A DNA stretch of 59,377 bases, filler included, from Sphacelaria rigidula (Eukaryota), in assembly GCA_964200075.2 (NCBI GenBank). It is 6 parts of 6 records of this genome, joined end to end, with 100 filler letters (N's around TTAATTAATTAA, not from the genome) between each part and the next. Parts side by side here need not be neighbours in the genome. Positions count along the whole stretch, not along the records: positions 1 to 9,814 come from CAXNAA020007703.1; positions 9,915 to 19,728 come from CAXNAA020007704.1; 4 more parts are not named here. One strand, given 5' to 3'. Position numbers and translations under genes: made by a program. Below the pieces are notes generated by a model. It worked only from the letters and a program-made list of their open reading frames with translations, ran no database searches and was not told the DNA's origin. Every line of letters starts with the position of its first letter. Position 1 is the first letter of the stretch. Positions 1 to 11,828 of the stretch are shown here, piece by piece.

Positions 1-144
1 AAACACACCACGGCGCTTCGCGCTCCGTAATTGAGTGCGAGGCTGGTTCGGCGAAAACCCGGCGTGCTCCGCCCCGGCTTTGTAGGGATGCAAGGTCGAT
101 GGTCTTATGAATATGGCATGCAGGATCATGAGTACACCCCCCCC
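1..144 (+). mobile_element. Dispersed repeat, poly(C)-terminated family, copy 1 (runs off contig start)
   Basis: ...gaaaacccggcgtgctccgccccggctttgtagggatgcaaggtc...catgagtacacccccccc closely matches 7070-7171 and ~56325-56467. Confidence 0.8.
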
Positions 145-349
145 GCGCGCGCGCGCGTTTATGTCAGCATCTAATGCCCAGTCAGGGGCGTTCGAGCCTC
201 ACGGTGTTGAAATATCTTGTATAGATATTCATCTGAGATTTCCATTTGAGATGGGCCATCGGGGAGTGGAGGCAAAGGCAGTGGAAGTAAATTTGTGGCG
301 TTAGACCAATCAAGGCCTTGATGATATGCCGGGAACAGGGACTAGACCC

Positions 350-877
350 AACCGGGCATGAATCTGCGAATTACATCTTGAGGTCCGAGGTATATATGAC
401 GGGGTACGTCCCAGATGCGTATCTACATTCCGGGTGGGTGTCGATCTGCGATATACCAGGTTCGGATGAAAATCCCCGATGTGTCCGGCACCGCACGTGG
501 GCGTTCCAGAAGGACGTTCCAGATTGATACCTAGGTCCCAGCTGGGCATCCGAGATATCGAAGGTACAGGTGGACATCGCAGACTGATCTGATATCCCAG
601 ATGTATAACGCCGGTGGATATTCCAGACGGACATCAATATCTCAGATGTATTTCCGAGGATACCTCAAGCGGATATCTGGGATATCCGAGATAGACATCC
701 CAGGTGGATTTGACGCCCCCTGTGAATGTCCCAGACGAATATAACATCCCATATGGACATCACAGATGGATATTCATATATCCGTACCCCATCCATATAC
801 CATCTGGGATACCCATATATTTATATCCTAGATAGATATCTGAGATGGATATATGACAACTCACGTGAATGGCAGGG
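350..877. repeat. Degenerate GATATC/GGATAT/ACATCC-motif-rich repeat tract, probably subterminal repeats of a non-autonomous DNA transposon
   Basis: Many short gatatc/ggatat/catccc motifs in both orientations. The tract ends in atggcaggg, as does the motif-rich tract ending at ~2938. No clean unit can be defined by eye. Confidence 0.4.
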
Positions 878-1832
878 TTCAATATACGAAATGGAGATTG
901 TACGAAAAAACAGGTCTCTTCCTAGTCCGCTGCCACATATGCATACTCCTTGGGGCGCTGATTGTTTCGAAAAATGCTTAACATACTTCACCTTACAGAG
1001 CTATATCCTGGAGACACGCGCCAACCAGTGGACACTCGTGGATGGCATGGGACACATACCACAGACAACGCGAGACGTGTTGTCGACGACGTGGCGTGAT
1101 TGGCGCTCGTTGACGAGCGGTGTGTGCACTGAACCCCACATGCGCGACAGCAACTGACGGCAATAAACAGGAGCACGTGCTGTAAAAGGAGCCACTGTTG
1201 TCAAATGGCTGAGCGAGCGACACCACGATAATGCGGGTGAACGAGTGACGAGTATGGACTGCACGAGAGCTATAGGGCAATCGAATGGAGGGCGCTACAC
1301 TTGAAAAAACACCAACAGTGGGGATTGTTGAGGACGAATCGCAGGAGCTCTCAAGTCAGCGAAGCCGATGAGCGCCGTGCATGCGATCTCCTTAGAGTGT
1401 GGCTATCTTGATGTTGGGTAGAAGACGCGAAGGAGTAGGGAACAGTATGATTAGAGATCCACGTCATGACAGAGAAGCAGCTCCCGACCTTGCGAACGCT
1501 CCCCCCAACACAACCCGATTTCTACCCCTCTCCCACATGTCCCTCCTGTATGCCAGGTCTTTTCCTTGAAGAGAGAACTAGCCTAGTAAGCAGCGTATCT
1601 CACACACGTTATAGTTGTTGTAGGGGGCTATGCCACATCCCAAAAAACATCTTTTCAATTGTTTTGATAGACGAAGGCGGTTCCACGTTAGGGTTAGGCG
1701 TGGGCATAGACGATCCAGGCAGTGCTCAGTATCAGCCCCGCAGGTAGAATATTTCGTTTAATGTGTACGCGGCGCAATTGCTGTCGGTTCAAGTATTCAA
1801 ATGTTGGACTTTCCGAGTTTTCGCCCGGGATA

Positions 1833-2350
1833 GTATACGAGCTGGTCCAGCGTAGACACGGGATTGACCCTCAAAGCAATATCTCATCGACACAGACGAG
1901 TTGGGCCATGATCCGCAGATCGTATTAATCGTCTAATCAACGGAAAGATACCCATGCGCTCAAAATTCTAGGCCAATTCTTTCTTGTCGATTAGAAGCCA
2001 TGTCAAGTAATTCTAATACCGTAGGGACAGGGTTCATACTAAAGTCTATTTAAATCCCGAACGGTATATACATCGGATGATGGAAGAGTTTTGGTACGGA
2101 AATCTCCGGAGCATGGGAAAACGATCGGTACCCTCACTTCCACCTTTTTGGTATTCGTTGTCGATCTCGAGATAAGACGCACATCATATTTCGTCCTAAA
2201 ACCAATATACTACGAGCAAAGGCACTACATGCACTGAATCTGGGTTCCGCGTCTCAGTGTTTGACAGCTGTGCTTGGAAGTTCAGTAAAGAGAGTCGCTA
2301 GGGCGTAATATATGTACATAAATCATTTCACTTTTTCACCACTTTCGCCG
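1833..2350 (+). repeat. Dispersed repeat homologous to 14290-14610 (opposite strand, different contig)
   Basis: Shared ctcaaagcaa..tctcatcgacacagacgagttgggcc.tgatccgca.atcg and atctcgagata...accaatat..tacgagca...gcgtctcagt.tttga blocks. The ORF track shows SNISSTQTSWAMIR vs SNVSSTQTSWAVIR. Confidence 0.8.
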
Positions 2351-5300
2351 AGTTTTCTCTGGCGGCAAGGAATCTCATCACACGCTGTCTTTTGCAGTGC
2401 ATGAAAAAGGCGCAGCGGTACATTACCGTTCAGGTTTGGGTGTCATCTGATACCTGTGGCGCGTGTTCTGGCCATCGAAAGTCGCTCGCACTGGCTCTTT
2501 TTTGCGGGGTGCCGATCCCGAACCACAGAAGCCTTCCCAAGTTCATAATATACTTCAAGGAGCAGGATGATTGTTGGCGGGGTATTTTCCCCCCGTGATT
2601 CTCTTTGTCGGGTTCTCGTTCATTTGGGAGTACGAGTACACCGCTTATGCCGCCAATGCCACCAGAACATGATAGCAATGCAGTTGAAAACAATTGAACA
2701 TTGCCTTGGCCTCAGTCAGCAGCAAGCACCAGATCGTGCGGTGAGCCTTTGACGGGTTGAACAAGGCACACAAGTGGGCAAACGTCCCCACTGTGGGTCA
2801 ACTGTGTAAAACCAACAAAAGGGGATGCCGAAATCCCTGTGATCATGCAACCCGTAGGATGCACCTGTGAAATATAGGCGCAGGGATATCCTTGTGACAG
2901 GGTTGACAGGTTCATCATTGTGACAGGGATGGCAGGGAGAATCATACGAGTACGCACCTCATGTATCTTTCGACGACTTAGTACTGAATTTTCAGTACAA
3001 GTCAAGCGTTACTTTGCTTGTAGATTTCTCCGCCGTGTCTGAACGAACCAGCCTGAAAATTGGCACAGAGGTAGACCATAACACAGACAGCATATTACAG
3101 AATCGGCGGCACGTTTTACGTGTTGCGCCAGACGCACGAAGTGAATACGGATTCTGGGCAATGCCATCGATACACTCTTAAAACGGAATCCCCTCGGTCC
3201 AGACAGTGTGAGACGTCAGTGAATGCATATATGGACACGCAGATACGCTCACTTCCACATCATGATCTGCTGAGTGGCTGCTGCCCCGGCAAACGAGCAT
3301 CGATCCGTATTGGGTACACTCTGGATGATATCATTCTGCGCGATACCTATCTTGGTATCGCCTGTAGAGGTTCTCACTTCAGGAGGCACGGTCGTGCAAG
3401 CGCTGTCAGTACTTTTTAGTGCTGCGCCAAAAGAAGGAAAAAGTCAAACGTACGCCGATTTTCGGATACAAGAACCATTTTATGAGAAACCAGCCTGGAT
3501 CACCCACCTTTTGACCCCCAAGCAGGGCAACCCGCCAACACATATCTCAGACACTTTGCATCACCCCACAGAGCAGAGCTTAGTCTGCTCTTCAGGTTCG
3601 CCTGGCTCCGAGGTTTCGAGATTGGCCGCTGAACCAAAGTTCGTGCGCAAAAATCTGTGCTTACCGACCCCCGCCTGTTTGGGCAAACTAGTAGGTGTAG
3701 CTCACATGAGCGAGTGCCCCTGAGGGACGACCTACGGCCCAACACACCGCATATCTGAAAAGCTATTATCAAGGCTGGATCTTCGGCACAAGTTGCAGGT
3801 CGAGAACGTGACCATATCCTGCGTTCGATGGGTTGCATGGTGTTGCACGACGATAAATGGCGACCACGCTTGGTGTTTCAGCGCACCACCGCGCCCAGGG
3901 CGTGGTATATGGAGTATATGGTCCGCTTGAAAAAGAAGCATCCCATTTACTTTCGTTGCACTGGAGAACGCCACAACCGTTTGCATGCATGTCTGGCAGC
4001 GCAGCTGATGTGTTTGAAATTTGAAAAGTCTGTCATGAACACTATATATAGTGCAGTATAATAAGCTGCTGCAATGTACGGTCTACAGACAGTATAACCG
4101 TGCCGTACACTACATAACCGCATATGATATGCGGCGTAATCAGGGCGTAACCGCACCTCATGTCTATTTTAGTACTTTCCTCAGGCAAACCACCATTTTT
4201 CAGTGCAAACTTGAGTTGTGGATTTCTCGCCTGTGACTTCGTGTTCTATCATGGAACTTTGCACACTAGTTGGTCACAACACAGGCAGCATATGCCCCAA
4301 GCATCCACGCGATTAGGCCTGGAAACACCGTACAACATGGCCCGAGCCCATTTTGGAGAATGCCGTCCATGCGCTCTTAAAACAGCCATGCAGCTGTCCA
4401 GACTTCGCGCACTACAGGTGGAAGCATACGTGCACGCGCAGATGCACAAACTTGGACATTTAGCGCGGCTGGGCGACCGATGTGGTAAAAAACTGACACC
4501 ATTCTGTACTGCAACCCTCTGTGGATCATGACCGTGTGTAGTGTACCGATCGGCACACAGTCTGTAAAGCTGCGCATTTCATGACGCACGACCCTACGCG
4601 CGCTGTAGCCGCTGCGAGGCGCTGAAACTTCGCCCATCTGTTGTACGAACCACAGTCAACAGTTCCACGTCGCTATATCTGTCATTGTGTACCGCAGGAG
4701 TGCGCACTGGAGGGAAAAGTGGTCAGATTCTGTTCCGATATTTTTTCTTTGGCGCAACTGTGGAGTATACCTCTTTGCAGTGACATATCAGGGACTGATG
4801 CCACACATGTATATAGACCCAGCGCAAGCAGGGACAAGGTAGGAACGTTCCGCAAGGACGAGATCACCGTCGAGGACCCTAAAATGCCGACGTAACTAGA
4901 CAACTTGGGGTGATGTCAGGAAGAGCCTAATATAGGACGATCCAACATCCCCCAAGGCCCGGGTTAAGTAGCGAATCCACAACCACCTTCCACTACCATC
5001 GCGCGGAAGGGACGGAAATAAATCAAGAAGGCCGACCTGTGGAAACGCGGTGACTCGAAATAGCATAAAAAAATAAGTTACCCAACCTGCGAATGCACGA
5101 CCTTGTCATTCCCTACCATGTAGCGAGCGAAAGAAAGAATGGTATCGGATGGTCTTACCGCATCCCAACCCACAAGCTGGGGGTGGAGGCTTTCATCGTG
5201 TACATTCTCCGCCGTACCCCAATGAATAGGTAACGTTACATTCTGCGCGGACAAATTTTTTACCGGCAACCAGAGTAAACGGTACCCTCGCTGAAAAAAA

Positions 5301-5885
5301 TCCAATCGATTCCGCAGCAGATGTACCGTGTATCAGCAAAAGTTCATAGATGAACATCAGGCCATAAGCATGTATCTCATCCGTTACGGGTCCGTTTGCT
5401 CCGTGCGATGGCTTGAACGATAGCTAGAGACTGTGTGAGTGTTTTCCATGTGTTGCTGTGTCCATGTGGGGCTTGTGGGACGGATGCTGAACGTTGGCGG
5501 ATGTAACAGATTACGTCAACTTTGACGTGAAAAGCAAGACGACCCATAATATTAATCCGTTGGGCGCGAGGATCCTGTGATCGACTTTGTTGAATCAGCA
5601 TCGTTGAGTATCGTTCGCTGAATAAGCTTTCAATCATCGCGGCCATCTTTTCTGCAGTCACAGCTTCAAACTCGAAAAAAGCAGCGGCTAGCCAATGGCG
5701 CGCGACAGAAAATATTGAAGCAATCGCACCGTCGATAATGCCAACGCCGTTGATTCTCCGCGTCGCGTCTCATCAGCTTTGGTGAAAACAAAACTGACAA
5801 GAAACACACCTTGGAGGCGCGCTTCATTATCGTGTATGGTACCGGTCGACCACCCCCCCCCCCGAGGTGCTATATATACTCCGGC

Positions 5886-6992
5886 TCGCACACGTGGACA
5901 AATAGCACCCTGTGGGGCACGTCTACAGGGTCCAGGGAAACTGCGCAGCGTTTCTCGCTGGGATCTGGCTGTAGTTGTTTTTTTTTGCGCCCCATAGGAC
6001 GCGTCACAGGGTTTCAGGGAAATTGTGCAGGGTTTCTCGCGGGGATTTGTCTGTAGGGTAGTATTTTGTGCCACACAGGGCGCTTCACAGGGTTTCGTCA
6101 TTCCGTGGAGAATTCATCGCTGTTGATATGCTGTACAGCCTTTACAGCGCACATATTATGTACTCCATACAATATGGGCATGGTACTGGCAGAAAAAAAC
6201 GGTAAGAATATTACAGAAGTAGGGCTCGAACTCGCACTTTGGTTCAGTGGAGCGCGCCAGTGTGCACATTGAGCTATTTGGCTTGGTGTTATGTGCGTTT
6301 TCTTCTGCTTTCATCAACTATCAAGCAAAAACCTCTCTGAACAAAAGCCTACTCGGCTGAGTGATTTTGGTAGACTGCGCACCACGGGGTTTTCAAAAGC
6401 AATGTGCATTGATATGCGAGGTATACATTCACCGAGGGGCACCTTATCACGCCGGGTTTGTGCTGTAAGAACGGGTGTGGACATACACACGTAACCAATA
6501 TGTGGGATCTTTACTCAGCGAAAGCTGTTGAGAAATATTATACTTTGGGGCTATAGGATGAGTTGCTCTCAACAACTTTTGTTCCGTGTATGATCCCATA
6601 CGCTGGTAACGGTGCAGTATGCGGGATATGCACAGCTGACGCTGCTTGCAATAAATAAAATGGGCGAAAAAAGGATCTATTTTGAATAGCTTCTCCTGCT
6701 GTCCGAGATGAATTCATTTTTGCCCGATTCAAATCGGGCAAAAATGAATATATCTCGAACAGCAGGAGAAGCTATTCAAAAAAATATAAATGTACAGATT
6801 TTAAACCAAAATAATTTGGAATTTTCGAACTTGGGAAGGCCTCTCCTCAGGGTTGCTTGCAGGGTTTCGACAAAACCGGTAGATGCTATTACATGTACTA
6901 GGGTTTGCAAATGCTGCACGGAGGTTTCCACAAAGACTGTGGAGAACCCTGTGCAGCTCGTCCTACAGGGTGCTATTTGTCCACGTGTGCGA
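5886..6992. mobile_element. Non-autonomous TIR element (~1.1 kb), perfect 28-bp TIRs
   Basis: TCGCACACGTGGACAAATAGCACCCTGT at 5886-5913 and its exact reverse complement at 6965-6992. acagggtt-type subterminal motifs at both ends. No TSD visible at the TIR edges. Confidence 0.75.
6680..6781. repeat. Near-perfect palindrome/hairpin, ~50-bp arms, 2-nt loop
   Basis: ttttgaatagcttctcctgctgtccgagatgaattcatttttgcccgatt-ca-aatcgggcaaaaatgaatatatctcgaacagcaggagaagctattcaaaa. Confidence 0.9.
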
Positions 6993-7069
6993 AAGGGATG
7001 CATGATCAATGGTCAAACGACGAAGGCAAGCAACAAATAAATGAGTACGCCCCCTCCCCCAGGTGCTAG

Positions 7070-7171
7070 CCTGGTCCGCCGAAAACCCGGCGTGCTCCGT
7101 CCCGGCTTTGTAGGGATGCGAGGTCAATGGTCTGATGACTATGGCATGCATGATCATGAGTACACCCCCCC
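7070..7171 (+). mobile_element. Poly(C)-terminated element, short copy flanked by 9-bp direct repeat AGGTGCTAG
   Basis: AGGTGCTAG at 7061-7069 and 7172-7180. The body matches the copies at 1-144 and ~56325-56467, which extend further left. Confidence 0.8.
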
Positions 7172-7568
7172 AGGTGCTAGGACACATCGTACTGGCATCT
7201 GCCCAGGTCCCACTAACAGTACTCCTCATCCTCACTGTTCCCCTGATCCTACCTCAACTCAACCCCAACCCTTCGACTGGCAGGTCTGCTCTGAACGTTA
7301 GGTCTGCCGCTTCTCGTCATATTTTCGGCCTTACGAGAAGCAACTTGCACCGTGTTCGATAATAAGTGATCGTGGAAGAGTCGAGAGCTTTGCGGGTAGG
7401 AAAAAGACATAATAGTGGTCAAACGAGCAGCAACATACGGAAGGCCGTGACGGTTTGTAGCGACGGGTAGGTGCGGTCGCAGACATGAATGAAACTGAAC
7501 GTCGCACAGCAAAAAGAACCGTATGTCTCATTCGTCCTCTGCTGCCCGCGATGCAACAACGCACGCAC

Positions 7569-7781
7569 CTGTAATGCGTGAAAGGACCGCGTGCTTAGAG
7601 GACCGCATCGGAATTTGACCACCCCTATGATTAGGGTTAGGGTTGGGGTTGGGGTTGGGGTTAGGATCAGGGGCATGGTACCTGCAGAGACTGGCCCGAT
7701 TGGGATTGAGAAACGCCGATCCTGAGGTGTTTTGAACTACGGCGCGGTCCTCTAAGCACGCAATCCTCTCACGCGTTACAG
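7569..7781. mobile_element. MITE-like element, 38-bp imperfect TIRs, internal TTAGGG/TTGGGG run
   Basis: ctgtaatgcgtgaaaggaccgcgtgcttagaggaccgc (7569-7606) vs reverse complement at 7744-7781. Telomere-like run at 7631-7665. Confidence 0.7.
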
Positions 7782-9814
7782 TACATTCCTTTGCAAATAT
7801 GATCGCGACAGGCGCGATCGACCGAAAATGCAGAGAGTAAGAATCTGGGCTGAAACGTGTCAGGACCCTCGATGACCGGTCAGCCCGTAAGTCACGTAAG
7901 ATTGAGTGCCGATGTTTTTTTTTCCTCAAGAATGTGGAGAAGATACAAATATCTTCAGATCCCCGATGTGATCGGTAGCAAGCGGAAAGAGCCAGAGAAA
8001 ATCGCCAATTACGAAAAAAGTTACAAAATGCCACAAAATGAATAGTTGGACCGCCCACTACTGTACACGGAATACTTTGCGTGTAGCATCTTGCGATGGC
8101 ACGTCAAATTATGTTTCATCGTATTCCCGTGTGGACTCAGACCCACCTACCTACACCAAGAACGCTCGGACGCCGTTTTTTCAGAACGCTGATGTGCACG
8201 ATTATAGACTACATAGCTACGAGCGACGACACAGCGGCGATGGAAACCACTTTTGTGTCCATTCCTGAAAGGAGTGTTGGAATGTACTCCGCGAGACGAG
8301 GGCTCACTTCCAAGATGAAGGACCCCTTGCTTTGTCTTTGCCGGAAGATTGAATTATCTCAGGGTGAAGGTTCACCACACGAACCATCGTTCCAGGCATA
8401 CGACAAACGGTGTAGCGACGTATAAACCCTTCGCTACAAAACATCCACCGCGTCCACTCATGGCGTGACTTAGGCCATGACCGGCCATGACCAGGGGCAC
8501 TCACATTTTCATTTTCGTCGGTTCGACGATCGACCTGGCGCGGCCAGCCGTCAGCAGAGGCGGGAAAGCAACAATAAAAACCAGCATCCCGATCCCTAGC
8601 AACACCACGTCCCATCGCGGTTACAGCGCCAGCTCGTCGTGTCGAGGGATCAGCATATCTTTGTGGCTGGCCATGTAGCTGATTTTGTCCGCCGCAATCC
8701 CCTCCATAACAACACTCCGGTGAACCAGATCGTACTGCCCTCGACGCCGCAGACAGTGCTGGCGTCTCTGTATCAGAAGCATTATCATGCTGACACCGCG
8801 TGGTCTTGTCAACGTCGGTGGTCGCGTGCTCTTTGCTTCCCTCGGAGAGTCGGGGCGGGGTTGCCGCGGCTTTGTCACCACTTTGTCGCCGGTCACGAAA
8901 AAATGGATTCATAACTCGATCACGCCCGATTCAAGTCCCTTGCGGCCGCTGCGCATCGCACTGCGGTGCAATAAAATCACACAACAGCCATGCGTTCGAG
9001 TCAGGAATCGATGTGAAATATTCATCAACATATACGGAAATAATTAGTCTGTATATCCAAGGTTATCGACACCCTACGCGGGAGTCACGGAAACGCGTTA
9101 ATGTAGCAAAATTCTGCAGTGTGTCAACGGGTAACTATAGGTCGTTGTTCGGGACGATTGGTGTAGTACCGCTACTATTATTACAAAGAAAAATACGATG
9201 TGCTTAGACTCTCAGAACGCTCTGAGTCTAGCGAAGGGTTTTCCCTTGGAGCTGGTCCCGGTTTGCGGATAATAGTTGTTTATTTCCGAGGGGGAATGCC
9301 GGGCATGGTGTGTTTGCCATGTCGTCATCGCCGAAATGTTGCCGAAGATGCGCCAGCAAAAGTCGCCGAAACGTGCTCCGAGGCATACCTCGCGCAAAAG
9401 CATCGCGTTTTACGTACACACAGTCGACGAGATGCCGTCCAACACGTCAACATGTAGGAAGCGCTGAATTTTCATGCAAACTTCATCCGGGAGAATCTCT
9501 CAATAAAATAAACGGTCGAGGTTTTCCAGCCAGTCATCTAGATGAGATGATACTGTACCTCCCGGAACAGCGGCTAGTTTGAGGAGGCAAACTCACATGT
9601 AGATCAAAATGACAAAAGCCGAGCACGCCGAGTAGGCGAGAATCCCCACGCGCGGTATCGTTTTTGTCGATGTCACCCATATAAGAGGCTTCATGCAGTC
9701 TGAAACCAGCTATCATGCGCTGTATGGGCAATGTCTTCGTGACAGTTTCGGGGCTGGTTTGGGGGGGAGGGGGGGGGGGGGGGGGGCCGTGGGGTCCTTG
9801 ATGCAATAGCCATA

Positions 9815-9914
9815 NNNNNNNNNNNNNNNNNNNNNNNNNNNNNNNNNNNNNNNNNNNNTTAATTAATTAANNNNNNNNNNNNNNNNNNNNNNNNNNNNNN
9901 NNNNNNNNNNNNNN
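9815..9914. other. Artificial contig spacer (N44-TTAATTAATTAA-N44)
   Basis: 100-bp N run with a six-frame stop linker. Confidence 0.98.
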
Positions 9915-10529
9915 GACAGCAGGAAATACTTCCAGCAAGAAGGCGGTTAGTTAGCGACTGCTGAGTTGGTGTCGTAAGACGGTGACACGGTACACAAGCG
10001 CAGATATACAAGCAGCACACAGTTGATTGATTCATAGATTTTCTGATATTCATTCATTGATTCGCTGCGCACTCAGCCGTGGTGACAGGAAAAGAAACAC
10101 ACAAAACAAACAAAACAAAGCAAAGGCAAGAGCAACGCACTGCCTGTTGTGTACTGTCTGTTGTAGCTATGCTGAAAGTAGCATATGTAACCGATAACGG
10201 CTTATAAAGACAGAAACGGTAAATAATGGTTCGAAACCGCTATCCAATTTTTTTCATAAAACCATTACCATGATCACCAATAAAATGGCAATGGCCAGTT
10301 ATAACTGGTACCATTTTCGAGCTCGAATATAAGCCGATATCTTGCACGCATCACCTGATGATCGGGGGATATACTCCACGATAAATCACCTGGTGTAGGC
10401 AGCACACTGTTCAATATCACCTGATGTAGGGATATATATCACCTGACGCAAGTATGAAAATCATATATACCACATGTCATATACCCCTTCAGTCATATTT
10501 TGCTGAAGAAGCTCCATATAGGGTAAATA

Positions 10530-11127
10530 TTTCCTCTGTTTCATAAGTCTGTGCAGTTACATTTGTACGAGGCCTTCACAATGTCCACTTTGATTTTCGT
10601 TTTTATTAATGCATTCGTTGGCGTTTTTTTTAGCCAAAAGCATCAGTCTTTCCACCACGTGGGTGCTTGACCCGCGCAGCCTCGCGGCCGAGAAAAAATA
10701 GATCGGTCAAAACATGGCCATTTTTCGCTCTTTTTCCCCGTCAAACATGAGCGACCCAGGAACACGAAAAATCGCGGGAAAATGTGAAAAAAAAAATGAA
10801 AATCGCAAAACCACCATTGATTTCGTATATCTCCGTGACGATGACCTACGCACGCCGTATCTAACAAACTTTCAGCATGCAATCGCTAGTGCTCGACGTA
10901 AAAACTCCCAAAATCGGTCAACATAGGGGTATACCTGGACCAATAAGGGCCAGAATGTGGTATATTTAGACTTGCATTTAGTGTTGAAGACCACCTTCGG
11001 TTTTTTTTTAGTGAGCTTGGTATGCGCGTTTTGATTCTAACGCACCCGGGTACGGGATAAACGTCAACGTGGGAGTACTCTAACTATAAAGCGCCCATAA
11101 CGGCACAGACTTATGAAACAGAGGAAG
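10530..11127. mobile_element. Stowaway-like (Tc1/mariner) MITE with TA target duplication
   Basis: 30-bp TIRs (Y)TTCCTCTGTTTCATAAGTCTGTGC(A/C)GTTA, 28/30 identical (10530-10559, 11098-11127). TA at 10528-10529 and 11128-11129. Resembles the Stowaway CTCCCTCCGTT terminus. Confidence 0.8.
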
Positions 11128-11783
11128 TATACGATATAAAGTCATGGAAAATTAAATGTCATATCATATATCCTTCCAAAAGACATTACTGAAAATAATA
11201 TATACGAAGTATAGAATATCATACCGTATAGGGGGTGTATATGTAGGGTAGGGGTACATCCATACCAGGCTCTAGTCCCGGAGAAGCCCTAACCGGTTTT
11301 GACCCTGTAGTCAATTGCATGCAGAGTCAGTGTGTATGTTCCTTGTCTCCGCTGGATACAGCGGAAAGAAACAGGCAGCGTGCCGTCGCTCTCCACTGAA
11401 AACAGTCTACCGTATGCTGCTGGTGTCTCTGCCTAGCGTTCCACAACAATACTGCAGACTGTGAGGCCATGCCGGCAACACATGAGGGATCAGGCAGGCG
11501 GCATAGACCACGAGCAGATTAAAAAAGCACGTTGGTTGTGTACATGCCAACTATGGCGGAATTGTCAATACCGAAATAAGAAATACGGCTAGACAGCGAA
11601 GTAGTCCACCAGTAGTCCATCTGTAGGGGAACAAAGTGACCATTTTGATAGACGTGATTGGTCAGGATGGTCACTCCGCTCCCTCGAGCCTCCTTTTTGG
11701 TTCTTCATTTCCTTGGGACGCATTCATACACACATGGTTGCCTTGGCGAGATTTTCGGCTGTCCTTAAAACAGGCCCACACCA

Positions 11784-11828
11784 TGGTCGAATGACTAAGG
11801 CAAGCAACAAATGAGTACGCCCCCCCCC
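11784..11828 (+). repeat. Poly(C)-terminated family, variant subfamily end
   Basis: atggtcgaatgactaaggcaagcaacaaatgagtacgccccccccc matches 7009-7060 (atggtcaaacgacgaaggcaagcaacaaataaatgagtacgcccctccccc). Confidence 0.7.

Noticed and set aside
7631-7665. Chromosome end (telomere)
   Set aside because: Only about six mixed TTAGGG/TTGGGG units, internal to a contig and inside a TIR element; the same applies to 25754-25780.
2392-9800. Numerous 60-200-aa ORFs in contig 1 (e.g. 8304-8912, 7528-8058, 3274-3723)
   Set aside because: No recognisable domains, overlapping on both strands, several derived from repeats; consistent with chance ORFs at ~50% GC.
9859-9870. TTAATTAATTAA recurring every ~9.9 kb as a biological periodic motif
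   Set aside because: It is always centred in N runs; it is a synthetic six-frame stop linker.
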